Of a stretch of 64,000 bases of DNA, positions 61,811 through 64,000 are shown one piece after another. The stretch's first letter is position 1. Each line of letters begins with the position of its first letter. A program made the position numbers and the translations under genes. The notes below the pieces were generated by a model that saw only the letters and a list, made by a program, of their open reading frames with translations, searched no databases and was not told where the DNA came from. The stretch covers positions 246,330 through 310,329 of the forward strand of contig NIVC01000870.1 of the NCBI GenBank assembly GCA_002269645.1, given 5' to 3'. This DNA comes from Macrostomum lignano (taxonomy: Eukaryota).

Positions 61811-64000
61811 ATGCCAGAAGTTCGTCGAATGACCTTGGCCGCTCGGCCGAAAAATCAAGTGGTTGTGAGTTACTAACTGTCTAACTGTTGGATACTTTAC
61901 TAAAATGTGCATTTTAACATTGGTTAATGACACCAAAATATTTCAGTTCGGCGTGGTAGACAACACGCCCAAGCTGCAGTTGGACATGACCGACGAGAGG
62001 AGCGTAGAGAACCTATCCAGGTGTGCCACTTTCTCATGCGAGAGGGCAAGGCGTGCTTGAGAAGCCTATTCGATTCCAAGCATCCAACGGACGAGCTAAC
62101 GGAACACTTGGCCTCGCCGGACATTCACCGGACGCTGAGGCGACTTAAGATCAAAGACATGCTAACCGAAGACGACTGGCAGACGCTCTACCCGAAGGAG
62201 AAATCTTCCGTGTCCGCTGACAACTACGACCTGCGTCTGCTGCTCCTGTTAGTAAAATACACCTGCGATGTGACGAAGCCGCAGCCAAACGGCTGGATGG
62301 GAGATCCGGAACCTCGCGATGACAGCCAGGGCGCAGCGCTGCAACGCCTACTGGGCATTCAACGCGAGCTCGCCTCGCTGCAGACCTTAAAGGCGAGCGC
62401 AGCTAACAGACTGTTTAGCCGCATTGCCGAGCAGCTCCAGCGACTGGGACACTCGGGTGCAGCAGACTGTATGAACGCATACAAGCAGGACACTAGCATG
62501 GACGAGACTGAATCGCGCTTCATTCTGGGCGAATTCCTCGTCTGGTACCGCCAAGAGGTCAGCCAGTTGAAGAGAGAAATCGAAAACCAAGAACGAAAGA
62601 AGAAGCGCGAAGAGATTCCTATTCTGCAGAAACGGCTCAAGACGCGCGATTTGGACACGTCGGAAACGAAAAAACGCCAGTCGGTGTTGGAAAGGCGACG
62701 ATGGACATGAGCGACAAGTCGCGCTGTCAGAGATGGGCTCATATCAAAACTGGCATGGTATTAGCGGAGCGCCTAATTCTCGACAAGTACTACGAACAGC
62801 TGCTCAACGATGTAAAAGCGGACACAGTGGTTGAGCATCTGATGAACAAGGAGATTATTACCCAAGACGAGAGCACGGAAATATTTTCTACTCTGCGCAA
62901 CAACGAGCAGATGTCGACGTTGATCGACTTTCTAGTGCCAAAATCTGGCAATGTGTTGGATGAGTTCGTTGAATCGCTGAAACCCAAGAACGAACAGTGT
63001 GTACCAGCAGATGCACCAGGACTACCAGGCCGCTAAGGCCGACATCCTTGCTAATAAACCACGTAAGTATTTATAATAATTAGTAAATCCTCTTCTAAGA
63101 GTTGATCACAGGATTTTTCTGTTTCTTCTGTTTCTTCAGAGGGTCTACCTTACTGAACAACATTCTTCGAGAGCGGTACTCCACCGCGTACGCCAAATGG
63201 AATCCGATTCCATGGTACACTAAAGTTGAAACAGACATTGCCGAATTCTACTGCCAACAGCAGCTGCTCAATTTGAATGGGTAAGTAGCAGGAAAACAGA
63301 TCAGATCATTAAGCAAGACATAATTTTCAACTTTGATTTCTCAATTTAAAATTGCAGAAAGTCAGTCAACGCCTTCCAAGTTTTTGATTATAAGGAAGGC
63401 GAAAAAGACCCGCATACAGTAGTTATTGAGGGTGACCCTGGAACAGGGAAGAGTACGCTGGCTAAGTATATGGCCTACAAATGGTCTTTGGACGAAAACG
63501 TATTCGGACGGCCTTTCCAACTGCTAATCTTGCTTGATCTTAAAGTAACAGCGCCACAGTGAAAGTGATGATGATGGAACAGCTTTTCGGAGGCGACTGC
63601 AAGCTGGCCGAACGCGAAATTTGGGAGGTGATGAACATGCACCAGGCGAGCACACTGCTCATCATAGATGGCTACGAAGACAATCTAAATGATGAGATGA
63701 AGAGTTGCTATTTGAGAACATCATGCCGGAACTGCACATTCTGGTATTTAGTCAGACTAACTTTACAGTCAGACTGATGCACCGCTACCAGCGAAAGGTA
63801 ATTCTGACCGGATTTCGCCAAATCCCAGGCAGAGGAGTACGTTCAGAAGTACGTCAAACTAGCTAAGAAGCCGTGGGAACACTTTTCCTCTTTCTAAACA
63901 AGCTAGTAGTGGCAAAAAATCAACTGAGCTTCAAAAGCTGCTGGATGCAGCGAAAAAGTCGCAGGAGCCGCAGAGGCGACGCGGGTCGTCAGAATCGGCG
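61811..64000 (+). CDS. NLR copy B, 5' part, with about 8 single-base indels; truncated by the window edge
   Basis: Same exon structure and motifs as 24365-26581 (Walker A at about 63430). Confidence 0.82.

Larger units (their letters stand above)
44420..64000 (+). other. Segmental duplication, copy B (continues beyond the window)
   Basis: Paralog of 120-26581; see copy A. Confidence 0.95.

Noticed and set aside
1-64000. Species assignment (style reminiscent of a free-living flatworm such as Macrostomum)
   Set aside because: Only an impression from composition and repeat-filled introns; it needs a BLAST or phylogeny of BRCA2 and the other genes.

Overview
Eukaryotic (invertebrate-type) genomic DNA with GT-AG introns, not a prokaryotic locus. 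Many ORFs in the supplied track start at GTG/TTG/CTG or are artefacts of tandem repeats. The window holds two tandem copies, about 37.5 kb apart, of a four-gene block: copy A about 0.1-28.5 kb and copy B about 44.4 kb to the window end. Gene order in the block is a single-BIR IAP-like gene (+), an RGG-rich gene with an N-terminal UAP56-binding motif (UIF/FYTTD1-like, +), five exons of the BRCA2 C-terminal DNA-binding domain (-), and an NLR with DZIP3-type HEPN, CARD-like, NACHT and LRR domains (+). Introns and spacers of the first three genes are filled with minisatellites. Copy A's upstream flank carries a four-level nest of transposons: foldback element > 8-bp-TSD MITE > intact Sola2-like DNA transposon > LTR-PBS-gag fragment. 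Between the copies lie a truncated Ulp1-PHD remnant, an unknown ORF with one internal stop, a 10.3-kb Helentron/Helitron2 (OTU-Rep-Pif1 helicase) and several MITEs. The most interesting items are the NLR with a catalytically degenerate HEPN domain, its antisense position just upstream of a BRCA2 lacking its 5' exons, its co-duplication with an IAP, and a hairpin-forming minisatellite that fills introns of two unrelated genes in the sense orientation. Copy B has many single-base indels that look like long-read consensus errors. All domain calls come from motif recognition by eye; no database search was run. The organism cannot be established from the sequence.
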